Source: Schmidtea polychroa (Eukaryota). Taken from it: a stretch of 64,000 nucleotides of DNA. Under the pieces are notes generated by a model. The model was not told the origin of the DNA. It saw only the letters and a program-made list of their open reading frames with translations, and made no database searches. Shown piece after piece: positions 27,124 to 36,837 of the stretch (the stretch's first letter is position 1; each line of letters begins with the position of its first letter). The translations under genes and the position numbers were made by a program. The stretch spans positions 8,992,001 through 9,056,000 of the forward strand of contig CM097885.1 of assembly GCA_044892525.1 (NCBI GenBank), given 5' to 3'.

Positions 27124-29694
27124 ATGAATTGTAGAAAAACTCATAGTTGCCCAGTCCGTATTCAATGCAGATGGTGCGAGACATGTTTAAATGGTTTTAG
27201 AAGAGAAGATGCTTTTGACAGGCATGTAGCTTTATGCAAGAAAAACCAATTGGGCACAACATTATACACGTTGCCAGAAAACTCAGATTTAAAATTTAAT
27301 GACTGGTCAAAAATGGTAACTCCGCCTTTTGTTATATATGCTGACTTCGAAGCTGTTTTACCTCTTGATGAAAGACAACACCAAAAACATTTACCTATAG
27401 CAGCGGGGCTGTTACTGGTAAATAATTTTACTGGGTCAACGAAATACAGTCATTTTATTGGACCAGATTGTGTATACAGATTTCTGATGGATGTAGAAAA
27501 TATTGTCAACAATATAGTGAAGGTTTATTATAAGACAAGTGGGCATTGTCAAATGAAATTTTTGACAAATCAGGAAAAGCTGCAATTCCACACAGCTGTC
27601 AATTGTTACTTGTGCAAAAAGCCAATGCCAGAGAAAGTGAAAGACCATGATCATTTCACTGGCAAATATCTCGGAGCCTCATGCAATGTATGCAATCAAC
27701 AAAGGAAAATCAGAGAAACATTACCCATCGTATTTCATAATCTGAAAGGGTATGATCTACATCACATTTTGAAATATGGGCTCAATCAATTTCCTCATTG
27801 GAGTCTCAGCTGCATACCAACAAGCACAGAGAAATTTTTAACATTGATAGCATGGCTGGGTAAATTTACAATAAGATTTATTGACTCATATCAGTTTGTC
27901 AATACTTCATTACATAATGCAGTAAAAACATTGAACGAATTGCCTTTGACCCGTTCAGTATTCAATACTGGAACCATCATAAACAACAAAGGAATTTTTC
28001 CTTATGATTTTGCCACAAGTGAGGAAATATTAGAAACAACATATGAATTGCCCGCTATTTGGGAAGGCGTTACAAATGAAGAGTATATAATAGCGCAACA
28101 AATATGGCAAGAAACAAGTTGCGAAACTCTAATGGATTATTTACAAATTTATTTAAAACTTGATGTGTTTTTACTTGCCGATTTTTTCCAACAATTTCGA
28201 GCAAGATCAAAAGCACATAATGGACTCGAGCCACTCAATTTTTTTGGAATCCCTGGAATGTCTTGGGCATCTGCGCTCATGACCTTAGAAGAACCAGTGG
28301 AATTACTGATGGACATGGAGATGTATAATTTCTTCGAGGATGGGATCCGTGGTGGTCTCACATTTGTAAATAAACACTTCGCAGTAACAGATGATGAAAC
28401 AGAGTTGCTTTATATCGATATAAACAACCTGTATGGGTGGGCGTTAAGCCAATACTTGCCATGTAGCGATTTTGAGTGGATATATAATGAAGTGGAATTA
28501 TTATCCATTTTAGTTGACTGTATTAGTTCGAAACTAGAAAATTTAACTTATGGATACACATTGGAAGTTGATTTAGTCATCCCGTCAAATATCCACGACC
28601 TATTAGACGATTTCCCAGTCGTAGCAGAGAAAATGTGTCCACCAGATTCAAATGTACCAAAATTATTATTAACCCATCATGCGAAAACTAATTATGTTAT
28701 TCATTGGAGACTTTTGAAATTATATATGGCCCTTGGAGTGGAAGTCACCAATATACATCGGGCAATAAAATTTACACAAAAGCCGATATTGAAGGATTAT
28801 ATCAACACAAATACCCAACTTCGAGCTGAATCACAAAATAGTTTAGATAGAGATTTTTATAAACTTTTAAATAATAGTGTTTACGGCAAGACAGTGGAGA
28901 ATCTGAAGAAAAGAATAAATCTGAGATTGTGCAACAATGCCGAAAAATTGGTTAAATACACTTCAAAGCCAACATTTAGACGTTCAATTAAAATTGCTGA
29001 TGATTTGATTGCCCTTTTGCTGAATAAAGATGTAGTTTGTTTAGATAGGCCTAGCTACATTGGTCAAACAGTGCTAGACTTATATAAACTTAGAATGTAT
29101 GAACTACAATATATTGAACTGTCAAAATATCGAGCACAGTTCAATTGCCAAATAAATATCATAGCCGGGGATACAGACTCATTCTTCCTCGAATGTAAAT
29201 ATGTCAAATTGCGATCACAATTACTTCCTGCAATGATTGCTGACGGATTGTTAGACACCAGCAACTACGATCCTACAGATCCATTATATTCACGAAATTT
29301 GGATTCTGTAATTGGGAAATTCAAGGACGAAAACAAAGGCAAATCATATGAAGAATGGGTATTCCTCAGACCCAAATGCTATAGTTTGCTAACTAGTGAT
29401 AATGATACTATAAATAAAGCCAAAGGTGTATCATTAAAGGGAACAGAAATCACACATCAATCGTATGTGGATTGTTATCTTGGAATGCATATACCGAAGG
29501 TGAATCAATCCCGGTTTGATACACGAAACCATCAATTATTTACATTTAGAACTAAGAAGGTAGCCCTTACAAATAACGATGATAAAAGGGTTTGGGTTGA
29601 AGAGAACAAGAGCTTCGCATATGGGCATTATAATATTTTAGATAATGAATTAAATAATATTTTGCCTCTTGATGAATCATCTGCAGACGAATGA
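27124..29694 (+). CDS. polB: Polinton/adintovirus protein-primed family B DNA polymerase; the N-terminal region upstream is degraded
   Basis: Exonuclease motifs YADFE, FHNLKGYD, FIDSY; HNH/endonuclease-VII-like insert CYLC..DHDHFTG..CNVCN; polymerase motifs YIDINNLYGWAL, KLLNNSVYGKT, GDTDS, GKFKDE, RPKCY, KAKGV; in-frame HYTAVPDLQRL precedes the Met, implying 5' loss. Confidence 0.95.
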   Translation: MNCRKTHSCPVRIQCRWCETCLNGFRREDAFDRHVALCKKNQLGTTLYTLPENSDLKFNDWSKMVTPPFVIYADFEAVLPLDERQHQKHLPIAAGLLLVNNFTGSTKYSHFIGPDCVYRFLMDVENIVNNIVKVYYKTSGHCQMKFLTNQEKLQFHTAVNCYLCKKPMPEKVKDHDHFTGKYLGASCNVCNQQRKIRETLPIVFHNLKGYDLHHILKYGLNQFPHWSLSCIPTSTEKFLTLIAWLGKFTIRFIDSYQFVNTSLHNAVKTLNELPLTRSVFNTGTIINNKGIFPYDFATSEEILETTYELPAIWEGVTNEEYIIAQQIWQETSCETLMDYLQIYLKLDVFLLADFFQQFRARSKAHNGLEPLNFFGIPGMSWASALMTLEEPVELLMDMEMYNFFEDGIRGGLTFVNKHFAVTDDETELLYIDINNLYGWALSQYLPCSDFEWIYNEVELLSILVDCISSKLENLTYGYTLEVDLVIPSNIHDLLDDFPVVAEKMCPPDSNVPKLLLTHHAKTNYVIHWRLLKLYMALGVEVTNIHRAIKFTQKPILKDYINTNTQLRAESQNSLDRDFYKLLNNSVYGKTVENLKKRINLRLCNNAEKLVKYTSKPTFRRSIKIADDLIALLLNKDVVCLDRPSYIGQTVLDLYKLRMYELQYIELSKYRAQFNCQINIIAGDTDSFFLECKYVKLRSQLLPAMIADGLLDTSNYDPTDPLYSRNLDSVIGKFKDENKGKSYEEWVFLRPKCYSLLTSDNDTINKAKGVSLKGTEITHQSYVDCYLGMHIPKVNQSRFDTRNHQLFTFRTKKVALTNNDDKRVWVEENKSFAYGHYNILDNELNNILPLDESSADE

Positions 29695-29700
29695 TAATGA

Positions 29701-29949
29701 TTAATGGTAATGATTTATCCGTTTTATTTTTAAAAATATTTTTATTTTTATTTTAGTTTCTGTACAGTTTCTCCAGTTTTGACACAGTTTCTGAACAGTT
29801 TTGAAAACAGATGAGAACGAACCACCAATATAATGATTCATTTGTAACTTTTGTAATGGCACTTGTTGTAACCAATATAATTGTCCTTTTAATGCATATT
29901 GGTTCTCATAATTATGTTTATTTTTATTGCGTTGGTTCTCTTTTGAGTC
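29701..29949 (-). CDS. Possible small element gene, terminal exon (DSKENQ...GQLYWLQQVPLQKLQMNHYIGGSFSSVF...)
   Basis: Open non-repetitive frame convergent on polB, starting right after a TTTAG; start or upstream exon not established. Confidence 0.35.
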   Translation of the reverse strand, partial: DSKENQRNKNKHNYENQYALKGQLYWLQQVPLQKLQMNHYIGGSFSSVFKTVQKLCQNWRNCTETKIKIKIFLKIKRINHYH

Positions 29950-30025
29950 CTAAATATTTTATTGTGAATGTGTATACGTCCTCTTTAGGACTGCAAATAT
30001 TGATTGCATTTATTGTTGAGAAACG

Positions 30026-30063
<38 letters not shown>

Positions 30064-30080
30064 CTTTATTATTATTATTA

Positions 30081-30196
<116 letters not shown>

Positions 30197-30345
30197 GTTA
30201 TTATTTTTATTATTTTTATTATTAATATTATTAATAAATTCAAGGCTCAAAATATATTTTTATATATATTTTACATTTATTATACATAATTCAGTAACGA
30301 CTTTGTTTAAATAAAGTAACACAACATTTTTTACAATACATTTAT

Positions 30346-30724
30346 TTAACAAAGATGTTTATACATTAGCCAAGCTAGACAATGTTGTCCACAAGTATTT
30401 GTTAATGGATGTTGAAACCGAATTTTATTGTAATCAACTTGACCAATAGTTGATAGCTTTTTGATCAATAGGGCTGGATAGTAAAATCCCATTGGATCGA
30501 AAACATATATTTTATTCGGCTTCACATAGACTGCAATCCAATGTTCTCCACCCAGAGTAGACGAATCTGTGTTGACAATTATGGCTTGATTCACATCTAA
30601 ATAGGGGATTTTGTCTAGTGGGTACACTCCAACAAACTCTTTACCTAATATTTGAGTACCAATTCGATTTATCTGAATAGAACTAACATAATAATTTTAT
30701 TAGTTTAAAGAAAACTTACTCCAT
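30346..30724 (-). CDS. Adenain-like cysteine maturation protease (exon 1 30724-30720, 37-nt intron 30719-30683, exon 2 30682-30346)
   Basis: VNTDSSTLGGEHWIA, FDPMG, FQHPLTNTCGQHC (His/Asp/Gln/Cys); no in-frame ATG unless ATGGA/gtaagt...ttag/TTCT is spliced, giving MDSIQINRIG. Confidence 0.88.
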
Positions 30725-30753
30725 GACAAATGTATTTCGATTTATTCACACAT

Positions 30754-30898
30754 TTATACTAGCACAGTTCTATTTGCAGTAATTTGAACTTCATTTTCAA
30801 ATACTCCATATATAATAACATGTACCGGTTCAGTAATGGCTCTTGCAAACTTTATATCCAGTCGTAAATTCCCGTTTTGTGGTAATTGACTCTGATTT
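30754..30898 (-). pseudogene. C-terminal remnant of the major capsid (hexon-like, double jelly-roll) gene
   Basis: NQSQLPQNGNLRLDIKFARAITEPVHVIIYGVFENEVQITANRTVLV*, resembling Polinton MCP C-termini; longer homologous piece at 53782-54177. Confidence 0.8.
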
Positions 30899-30970
30899 TA
30901 GCCATCCTGATCCGTACTGTTTACCAACGAAGTATGGTAATTCACCGCCAGATTGGCTATCACTATACAT
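30899..30970 (-). pseudogene. N-terminal remnant of a PZ-like virion protein, fused by deletion to the MCP tail
   Basis: MYSDSQSGGELPYFVGKQYGSGWL: QxGG..P.F.G..Q.G.G pattern, located between penton and MCP as in Mavericks. Confidence 0.6.
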
Positions 30971-30986
30971 ACTAATAATATCAGAA

Positions 30987-32054
30987 TTAGCCATCTACTT
31001 TACGAAAATGTAATGTCAAATGAGTATTCGAATCTTTTGGAAAGTTTATAAGGTTTCCACTATCGTCACGAATATTTATTTCTATATTGTTTATACATGA
31101 GCTTGCAATTGGTAAATACATGGGATTATCGATATTTATATTGACAACTTCATCGTGTTCATATTTTCCAATCCATACCGATTTCAATAGAGGAACACTG
31201 GAATCACCAACAATTATGGGCTCAATAATATTAGTATATATGAACATTTGTTGATGATGTTCAAGTATTCTTGGTTTACGTATACCATCAGCTTTTCCTC
31301 GATATTTTTGCTTCTCTAATCCAAGTGTATTTGTCAAATTTTTATCAAATGTAACTTCGCAAATTTCATCATTCAAACTGAAAGTAAACAACAAATCTTT
31401 CACAATGTCCAAACTTTTAAATATGTGTGAACAATTGTACTTTAAATATTTAAGTAACACATCAAGTTTATCAATATATAATTCGTCAGCAAAGGTGAAT
31501 GATTTCTCAACTTCATTATTATACGACACTGATATTTTGATTTCTTCTTTCATTAAACTGTTTGCTTCAAATAGATCAAAACGTAATAAATATTCTGTTT
31601 CCATAACATCATTTTTCAACTTATTGCAACCCATTCGTTTGGCATCTTCAATAGTTTCGAATGTTATTGTAAATGGTTTAAAATCACAACTGATATTTAA
31701 TCCATCCTTGTAAAATATATAGCAATGCTGATCTAATATTTGATTCGGAATATGATATGTTTTATCATAATTACTGATGACAAAGATACCGCTACATGTT
31801 TTCAGAACATTCTTTTTGAAATCAATCTTACATTGACTATAAAATGGGAATGTGTTGTACACGAATGTAAAATCTTGAAGTGCAACTTCCCAGTCACCAT
31901 TTAAAGAAATCGGATTCTGGAGATTGACCATGAATTTGCTGAATTGATTGTCCGGATGAATTAATGGGCAGCTATTGCTTGGTAAAATAGTATAGAAATT
32001 CACTTTACTAGGTCCTTTTCTGATATCCATGATGGGTTTTGATATCCATGCCAT
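30987..32054 (-). CDS. Minor capsid protein (penton-like)
   Basis: FYTILPSNS..PDN..SKF..L..PI.L.GDWEVAL N-terminus and MFIYTNIIEPIIVGDSSVPLL...IEINIRDDSG..I.F...LTLHFR C-terminus; start uncertain because it overlaps the integrase end. Confidence 0.85.
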   Translation of the reverse strand: MAWISKPIMDIRKGPSKVNFYTILPSNSCPLIHPDNQFSKFMVNLQNPISLNGDWEVALQDFTFVYNTFPFYSQCKIDFKKNVLKTCSGIFVISNYDKTYHIPNQILDQHCYIFYKDGLNISCDFKPFTITFETIEDAKRMGCNKLKNDVMETEYLLRFDLFEANSLMKEEIKISVSYNNEVEKSFTFADELYIDKLDVLLKYLKYNCSHIFKSLDIVKDLLFTFSLNDEICEVTFDKNLTNTLGLEKQKYRGKADGIRKPRILEHHQQMFIYTNIIEPIIVGDSSVPLLKSVWIGKYEHDEVVNINIDNPMYLPIASSCINNIEINIRDDSGNLINFPKDSNTHLTLHFRKVDG

Positions 32055-32638
32055 TTGACATAGTATTGTTTATCCTTGCCGACCTTTTTAGTTTTCAATA
32101 TTTTTTGAATTCTTAATACTTTTGGAGGAGGAATAACTTGTAATTCTTGCTCATAAAATTTTCCTTGTACAATATTATTATCATTGTCTTTAATGACATA
32201 CATTACTTGACTCTGGCTAGTATTTATTTTCAAAATTACAAAGACTTCATCACTCCAATTTGTATCGAAATTTTTTATAAATGGTGATGCACTAATTTTA
32301 CTAATTCTAACATGGTCACCTACTTTATATTTAGGTTTTGCAATTTTTACATGTTTTTTAGAATAGAATGTTTTTGAAGTGATATCAATCGGTCTTAATC
32401 CATTCAGTCCTCGATGTGATGAATGATTATAACTGGTTATTATTTTTGGTAAAACATTTACCCATTTTTTATTACCTTGATGCACAAATAATTTCTTTAA
32501 TCTATCTCTCAAAGTTCGGTTAAATCTTTCAACATAAGCTGCTTTGTATTGAGAATATACTGTGTAATGGTTTATTTTCAGTTTATTGAGGATTTGCTTG
32601 ACTTTACTGTTGTAGAATTCTTTACCTAAAAAAAAAAT

Positions 32639-32691
<53 letters not shown>

Positions 32692-33079
32692 CTAAATCTG
32701 TTTGCAAGTTATTAGGATGTCCTTTTTTAAATAAATTATTAATAGCTTTGGACATTTCATCTGCAGATTTTGCCTTGACTGGAATCGCTCGGGCAAACCG
32801 ACTGAATACATCAATACATGTTAAAATATATTTATAACCATTGTTAATTTTTGAATATGGTATCATCTCCATCAAATCCATTTGCCATAAATCGTTTATT
32901 CCAAATGTTTTATATGTTCTTGTTGGGAATCGTTTCTGCATTGGTTTGTTCAAACTGTACGCAAGCTGGTCTGATAACCACTTCTGGGTTTCCTTTTTCG
33001 AATTTGGAACTCTTTTCTTTAATTTTGCGACTCCACCGAAACCCGCTTCGTCTTCTGGGTTTGTCCAAATCTTCTCCAT
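32000..33079 (-). CDS. Retroviral-like (rve) DDE integrase with C-terminal chromodomain; 66-nt intron 32691-32626
   Basis: WQMDL, QTDLG/KEF, VERFNRT, KYKVGDHVRI, and chromodomain IQKILK..QYYVKWHGY..SWI; the poly-Ile insert is bounded by GT..AG. Confidence 0.93.
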
Positions 33080-33140
33080 TACAACAAGAAGATTTAATAT
33101 TAAATTTAATGTCAGGTAATGAAGGATTAGCTCCCATTGT

Positions 33141-33629
33141 TTATGACTGTGTTACTCCACCTAATAATGATAATGCCAAAGGTATCAATGCACCAATAAA
33201 TCCGCCTTGTTGTTTATATATAATTTTTCTCATTTGTTTACGATTTTTATTATTTACTAATGATAACAAAGGTTTCCTATGTTTACTCAATATATGCTTT
33301 TTGGATTTACTGATTTTAATCTTGCCTTTGACTACTTTAAGTATAATATCCAGTAAATCATCGACAACAAAATTTGGAAATGATTGCAAAATATTCATTC
33401 TTTTTATACTCGGTGCCTTTAACAATGTATTAAAAAACGGGAAACTCCGATGATTTTTAACAACTTTTAATTTCTTACTGGTTTTACGGTTAGGTTTAGG
33501 TTTAGGATTTTTCGAAATAAGATTTTTTGCAGGAAAATTTTCAGTAACAAGTTCTTTAGATGGAGTATAACTAGTGGTTGGTGGAATTTTTGGTTCTTTC
33601 TTCCTTGTTATCCTTGTTTTTGAAAACAT
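33141..33629 (-). CDS. Basic virion-associated protein with QQGG/F cleavage-like site and hydrophobic tail
   Basis: Lys/Arg-rich 162 aa ending KQQGGFIGALIPLALSLLGG, between ATPase and integrase; function inferred by analogy to adenain-cleaved precursors. Confidence 0.75.
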   Translation of the reverse strand: MFSKTRITRKKEPKIPPTTSYTPSKELVTENFPAKNLISKNPKPKPNRKTSKKLKVVKNHRSFPFFNTLLKAPSIKRMNILQSFPNFVVDDLLDIILKVVKGKIKISKSKKHILSKHRKPLLSLVNNKNRKQMRKIIYKQQGGFIGALIPLALSLLGGVTQS

Positions 33630-33641
33630 GTTTTATATGTT

Positions 33642-34280
33642 TCAACTTTGTTTTGAATTTTGTTTATAAACCATGGCACCTTTTGGGTTGAAAATATCAG
33701 TTTTTACCCGTAAATCATCAGGACATTGTTGTGTGAAATCAAGAAATATATATCCATGCGGTATTTTAGTAGCATCTTGAAATGCACTGATAAGAAAATT
33801 ACGGTTATTAGGGTATGCTTGTCGTCCAAGAAAATCAATGACAGTTGCATCTCTAGGATTCTTGAAAATAACTAAATATTGTACATTTAAATTACGTGTA
33901 CGATGTGCACCACCTTGATGAAATAGATTTTGTGTTATGAAAATAACTGTTACACCGACATGTCTGCTGATTTTTGTGAATAAATTATTAAAATCTTTTT
34001 CTTTATTGGCTTCTTGGTATAAATCATCGATAATGATGACATCACCTTTCTTCAACCGACTGGACCAGTTTTTATCAAATCCCTTTACTATTTTCATGTT
34101 TTTCAACTGACAGAAACTTGATTGCGTCAATCCATGTTCTTCGTCGGCGCCCCTATGCCAATAAATATTGTTGAATTTTGTTTTGAATAAATTTGATTTT
34201 AGTATTTTACAAACAAATAATGTTTTTCCGCTACCGCTTGGACCAACGATTTGGTATACTGCATCATTTCGTAATTTCAT
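33642..34280 (-). CDS. A32/FtsK-like genome packaging ATPase
   Basis: Walker A GPSGSGKT, Walker B IIIDD, ISRH, ITQNLF, FKNPRD. Confidence 0.93.
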   Translation of the reverse strand: MKLRNDAVYQIVGPSGSGKTLFVCKILKSNLFKTKFNNIYWHRGADEEHGLTQSSFCQLKNMKIVKGFDKNWSSRLKKGDVIIIDDLYQEANKEKDFNNLFTKISRHVGVTVIFITQNLFHQGGAHRTRNLNVQYLVIFKNPRDATVIDFLGRQAYPNNRNFLISAFQDATKIPHGYIFLDFTQQCPDDLRVKTDIFNPKGAMVYKQNSKQS

Positions 34281-34381
34281 TTTTTAAATTTAAACTACAT
34301 AATTATTGTTTATATTGATAATTTAAATGAACTCCGTTTTAAAATAAATATATATATGAGTTTTATAATTATTTCATTAAA

Positions 34382-34845
34382 ATGCTTTCAAATATAAATT
34401 ACAGAGCAAAAGCTGATGTATCAAAAATGGTATTTCCAATGGGGAAACCACAACAACTTATCAATAGAAGTAAAAAATATCCCATAATATATTTCAAAAC
34501 TGGTAAATGTAGAATTATGGGGTGTAAGGAAATAATCAAAGCTAGTGAATATAATGTTTATGATTTAAAAATACAATCGATAACCGTAACTTCCTATATG
34601 GGTTTTCTTGTAATTTAAATGAATTGGCTAAATTAATACCATGTGTTTACGAACCAGAATTATTTCCAGCTTTGAGATATATAAAATATAACCCTATGTG
34701 TGTAAATATATTCGCTAGTGGTAAGATAGTAATTCTTGGAATAAAAAATATTGATTACAAATGTATAGTTGATAATATCATATCTGAAATTAAATCAATA
34801 ATTGAAGGAAAAGAATTTTTAAATTTTTTATTATCACTTAATTAA
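34382..34845 (+). pseudogene. TATA-binding-protein (TBP)-like gene, ~154 aa, one frameshift at ~34612
   Basis: IYFKTGKCRIMGCK, LKIQSI, YEPELFPALRY and VNIFASGKIVILG align by eye with TBP motifs IFSSGKMVCTGAK, FKIQNM, YEPELFPGLIY and LLIFVSGKVVLTG; one added A joins the two ORFs (FLVNLNELAKL). Confidence 0.85.
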
Positions 34846-34981
34846 TAATTTTAAAAAATAAAATCATGTGATTGCAAATTCGATGCAACTGAAATGCATG
34901 ATTCTGATTGGTCGAAATCTAATTGGCTGATGATGATTATTTATAACAAAATGTTTTGGGTTTAGTTATCATTTTTAAACC

Positions 34982-35354
34982 ATGTATAATATTCAAAGTT
35001 CAGCTATAGCTGCCATGAAAGAACATGAACATTATGGTAAATTTAAATTTTTTAATATTAATTGTATTTATCATATTATTATTATTTACAGATGAATATC
35101 ATGCAATAATACTGGAAAGATTGTATTTTTATTACCCGCAATTGTATGATATTCTCAAAGATCGAGATGTTGCAATAATCCCAGATTTAATTTACAATGA
35201 AACCAGAATCTGGATTTTCGATATTATCAATACATTTCTCTGGGATGTGAAGATTGGAAGAACAATGAAGGAAGTGGAAGCAGAATACCCTTGCATTTTG
35301 GGATGTAGCTGTTGCAATTTCGCTACCAGAGATATGTCGAATGGTCTTTGGTAA
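34982..35354 (+). CDS. Hypothetical element protein (exon 34982-35036, 55-nt intron 35037-35091, exon 35092-35354), Cys-rich C-terminus
   Basis: Splicing gives MYNIQSSAIAAMKEHEHY-D-EYHAIILERL...PCILGCSCCNF; upstream GATTGG/TATAA, downstream AATAAA. Confidence 0.65.
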
Positions 35355-35465
35355 AGACACTTCGTAATTATCATTTTTGTCAAATTTTATCCAAATAAAT
35401 TTTTATGTTTAACTATTTGTTGTTTTATTTTTTTTTTAGTAAATAGTAATAGAAATATAAATAAG

Positions 35466-35569
<104 letters not shown>

Positions 35570-35757
35570 TAATGAAATTAGTTTGAAAGTAATAAAAGCA
35601 ATAAAAATAATAATATGACACATATAACATATGACAATGCAACATCAATGCATTTTGAATGTAATTAAAACAAAGACATACTGCAATTTGATTGGTTTAT
35701 AAACAATAGTCATATGTATAAAAACCCTGTACCATTACAATTCAATCATAATTCACG

Positions 35758-36180
35758 ATGACCAAGAAAATATCAAGCACAGAAAAACCAAAGGTTGTTG
35801 TTGCAGAACTTGTACAACCTGTTCAAATGTTCCACGACTACAAAATGTATTTTTTAAAAGAAGAAATCAATATGAAATTGGTGTCACCGATCAAGCTAAT
35901 TTCTACTCAATTTCAATTCTTATCCGGCACACTTTCAATGATAGATGTTGAATCTATTGATGAGGTTTTCAAACGGTTGGATGCAAATCTATCATGTAAT
36001 CAACATGCATGGTTCAACAACCGATATGCAAGATTTTATGATTCCTTTGATGAAATCAGCTTTAAAGAAAACGAAAATTGGTATATAACAATAGCAATCT
36101 TGGGATATAAAGTTGATAATAATGATGTGTATTCTCCAATTTGGAAAATTATGTCTGCTAGACTTTCACAGCTATTTTAA
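35758..36180 (+). CDS. Hypothetical 140-aa element protein (possible OB-fold ssDNA-binding protein)
   Basis: Clean ATG ORF with TATAAAA 41 nt upstream and AATAAA at the stop; the fold assignment is only a guess from the beta-rich aromatic C-terminus. Confidence 0.65.
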   Translation: MTKKISSTEKPKVVVAELVQPVQMFHDYKMYFLKEEINMKLVSPIKLISTQFQFLSGTLSMIDVESIDEVFKRLDANLSCNQHAWFNNRYARFYDSFDEISFKENENWYITIAILGYKVDNNDVYSPIWKIMSARLSQLF

Positions 36181-36338
36181 TAAATGTTGCTATATTTATT
36201 GTTTTTAATAAATGTATTTTGTCCTATTTGTTTTTCATTTACTTAACCAGGAAATTGCAATATCAATGCAAAATACATGCAAACTTTAAAAAAGACATTC
36301 TATAAACAAACTTACATTATAGTTTTAAAGTGTTAATA

Positions 36339-36760
36339 ATGACGTTAGAAAAAGGTTAATATGGTTAGTTAATGATCGAATTATTTATTGTTTAGAACAT
36401 TTAATCAACTTTTTGTTGGCAAAATTAGCAGAAATATCTGGTGTAAAAATGGAGGATATATTATCTGTTTCAAATGCATTAAATATAGACTGGGTAGCCG
36501 AGAGTGAAGATTCAAGATTTGATGAAACTGATGAGGAAATAACAGAACAAATTAATGAAGGAAACACACAAGAAGATGACGAGGAAATCATTCAAGAAAT
36601 TGATGAACCTATTGATGAACCTAAGGAGGAATTTACGGATTATATAACTGAAAATATTAAGTATACCGAACCGCGTGTATATAACGATTGTATAGATCAT
36701 ATCGTTGAAAATGTTATGAAATGCGGAGATGATGAATGTGAATGTGTTAATAAATTTTAG
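36339..36760 (+). CDS. Hypothetical acidic protein (exon 36339-36354, 41-nt intron 36355-36395, exon 36396-36760)
   Basis: Splicing gives MTLEKEHLINFLLAKLAE in frame with track ORF 36413; TATAAA at 36301. Confidence 0.6.
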
Positions 36761-36837
36761 TTTGAGTGTATATTTAAAGTATAATATTTATAAATAACAA
36801 CATTAACTTTTATTTAAATATTTAAACATTACATATA

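Noticed and set aside
32841..33453. Antisense or overlapping ORFs (92, 200 and 75 aa) over integrase and the basic protein, and similar ones over polB and penton
   Set aside because: Shadow frames of real genes with no motifs; repeated only because the DNA is duplicated. The 75-aa MGANPS ORF could be a real upstream start but is unsupported
33488..33508. TTTAGG telomere-like repeats
   Set aside because: Only three units, encoding PKPKP in the minus-strand gene
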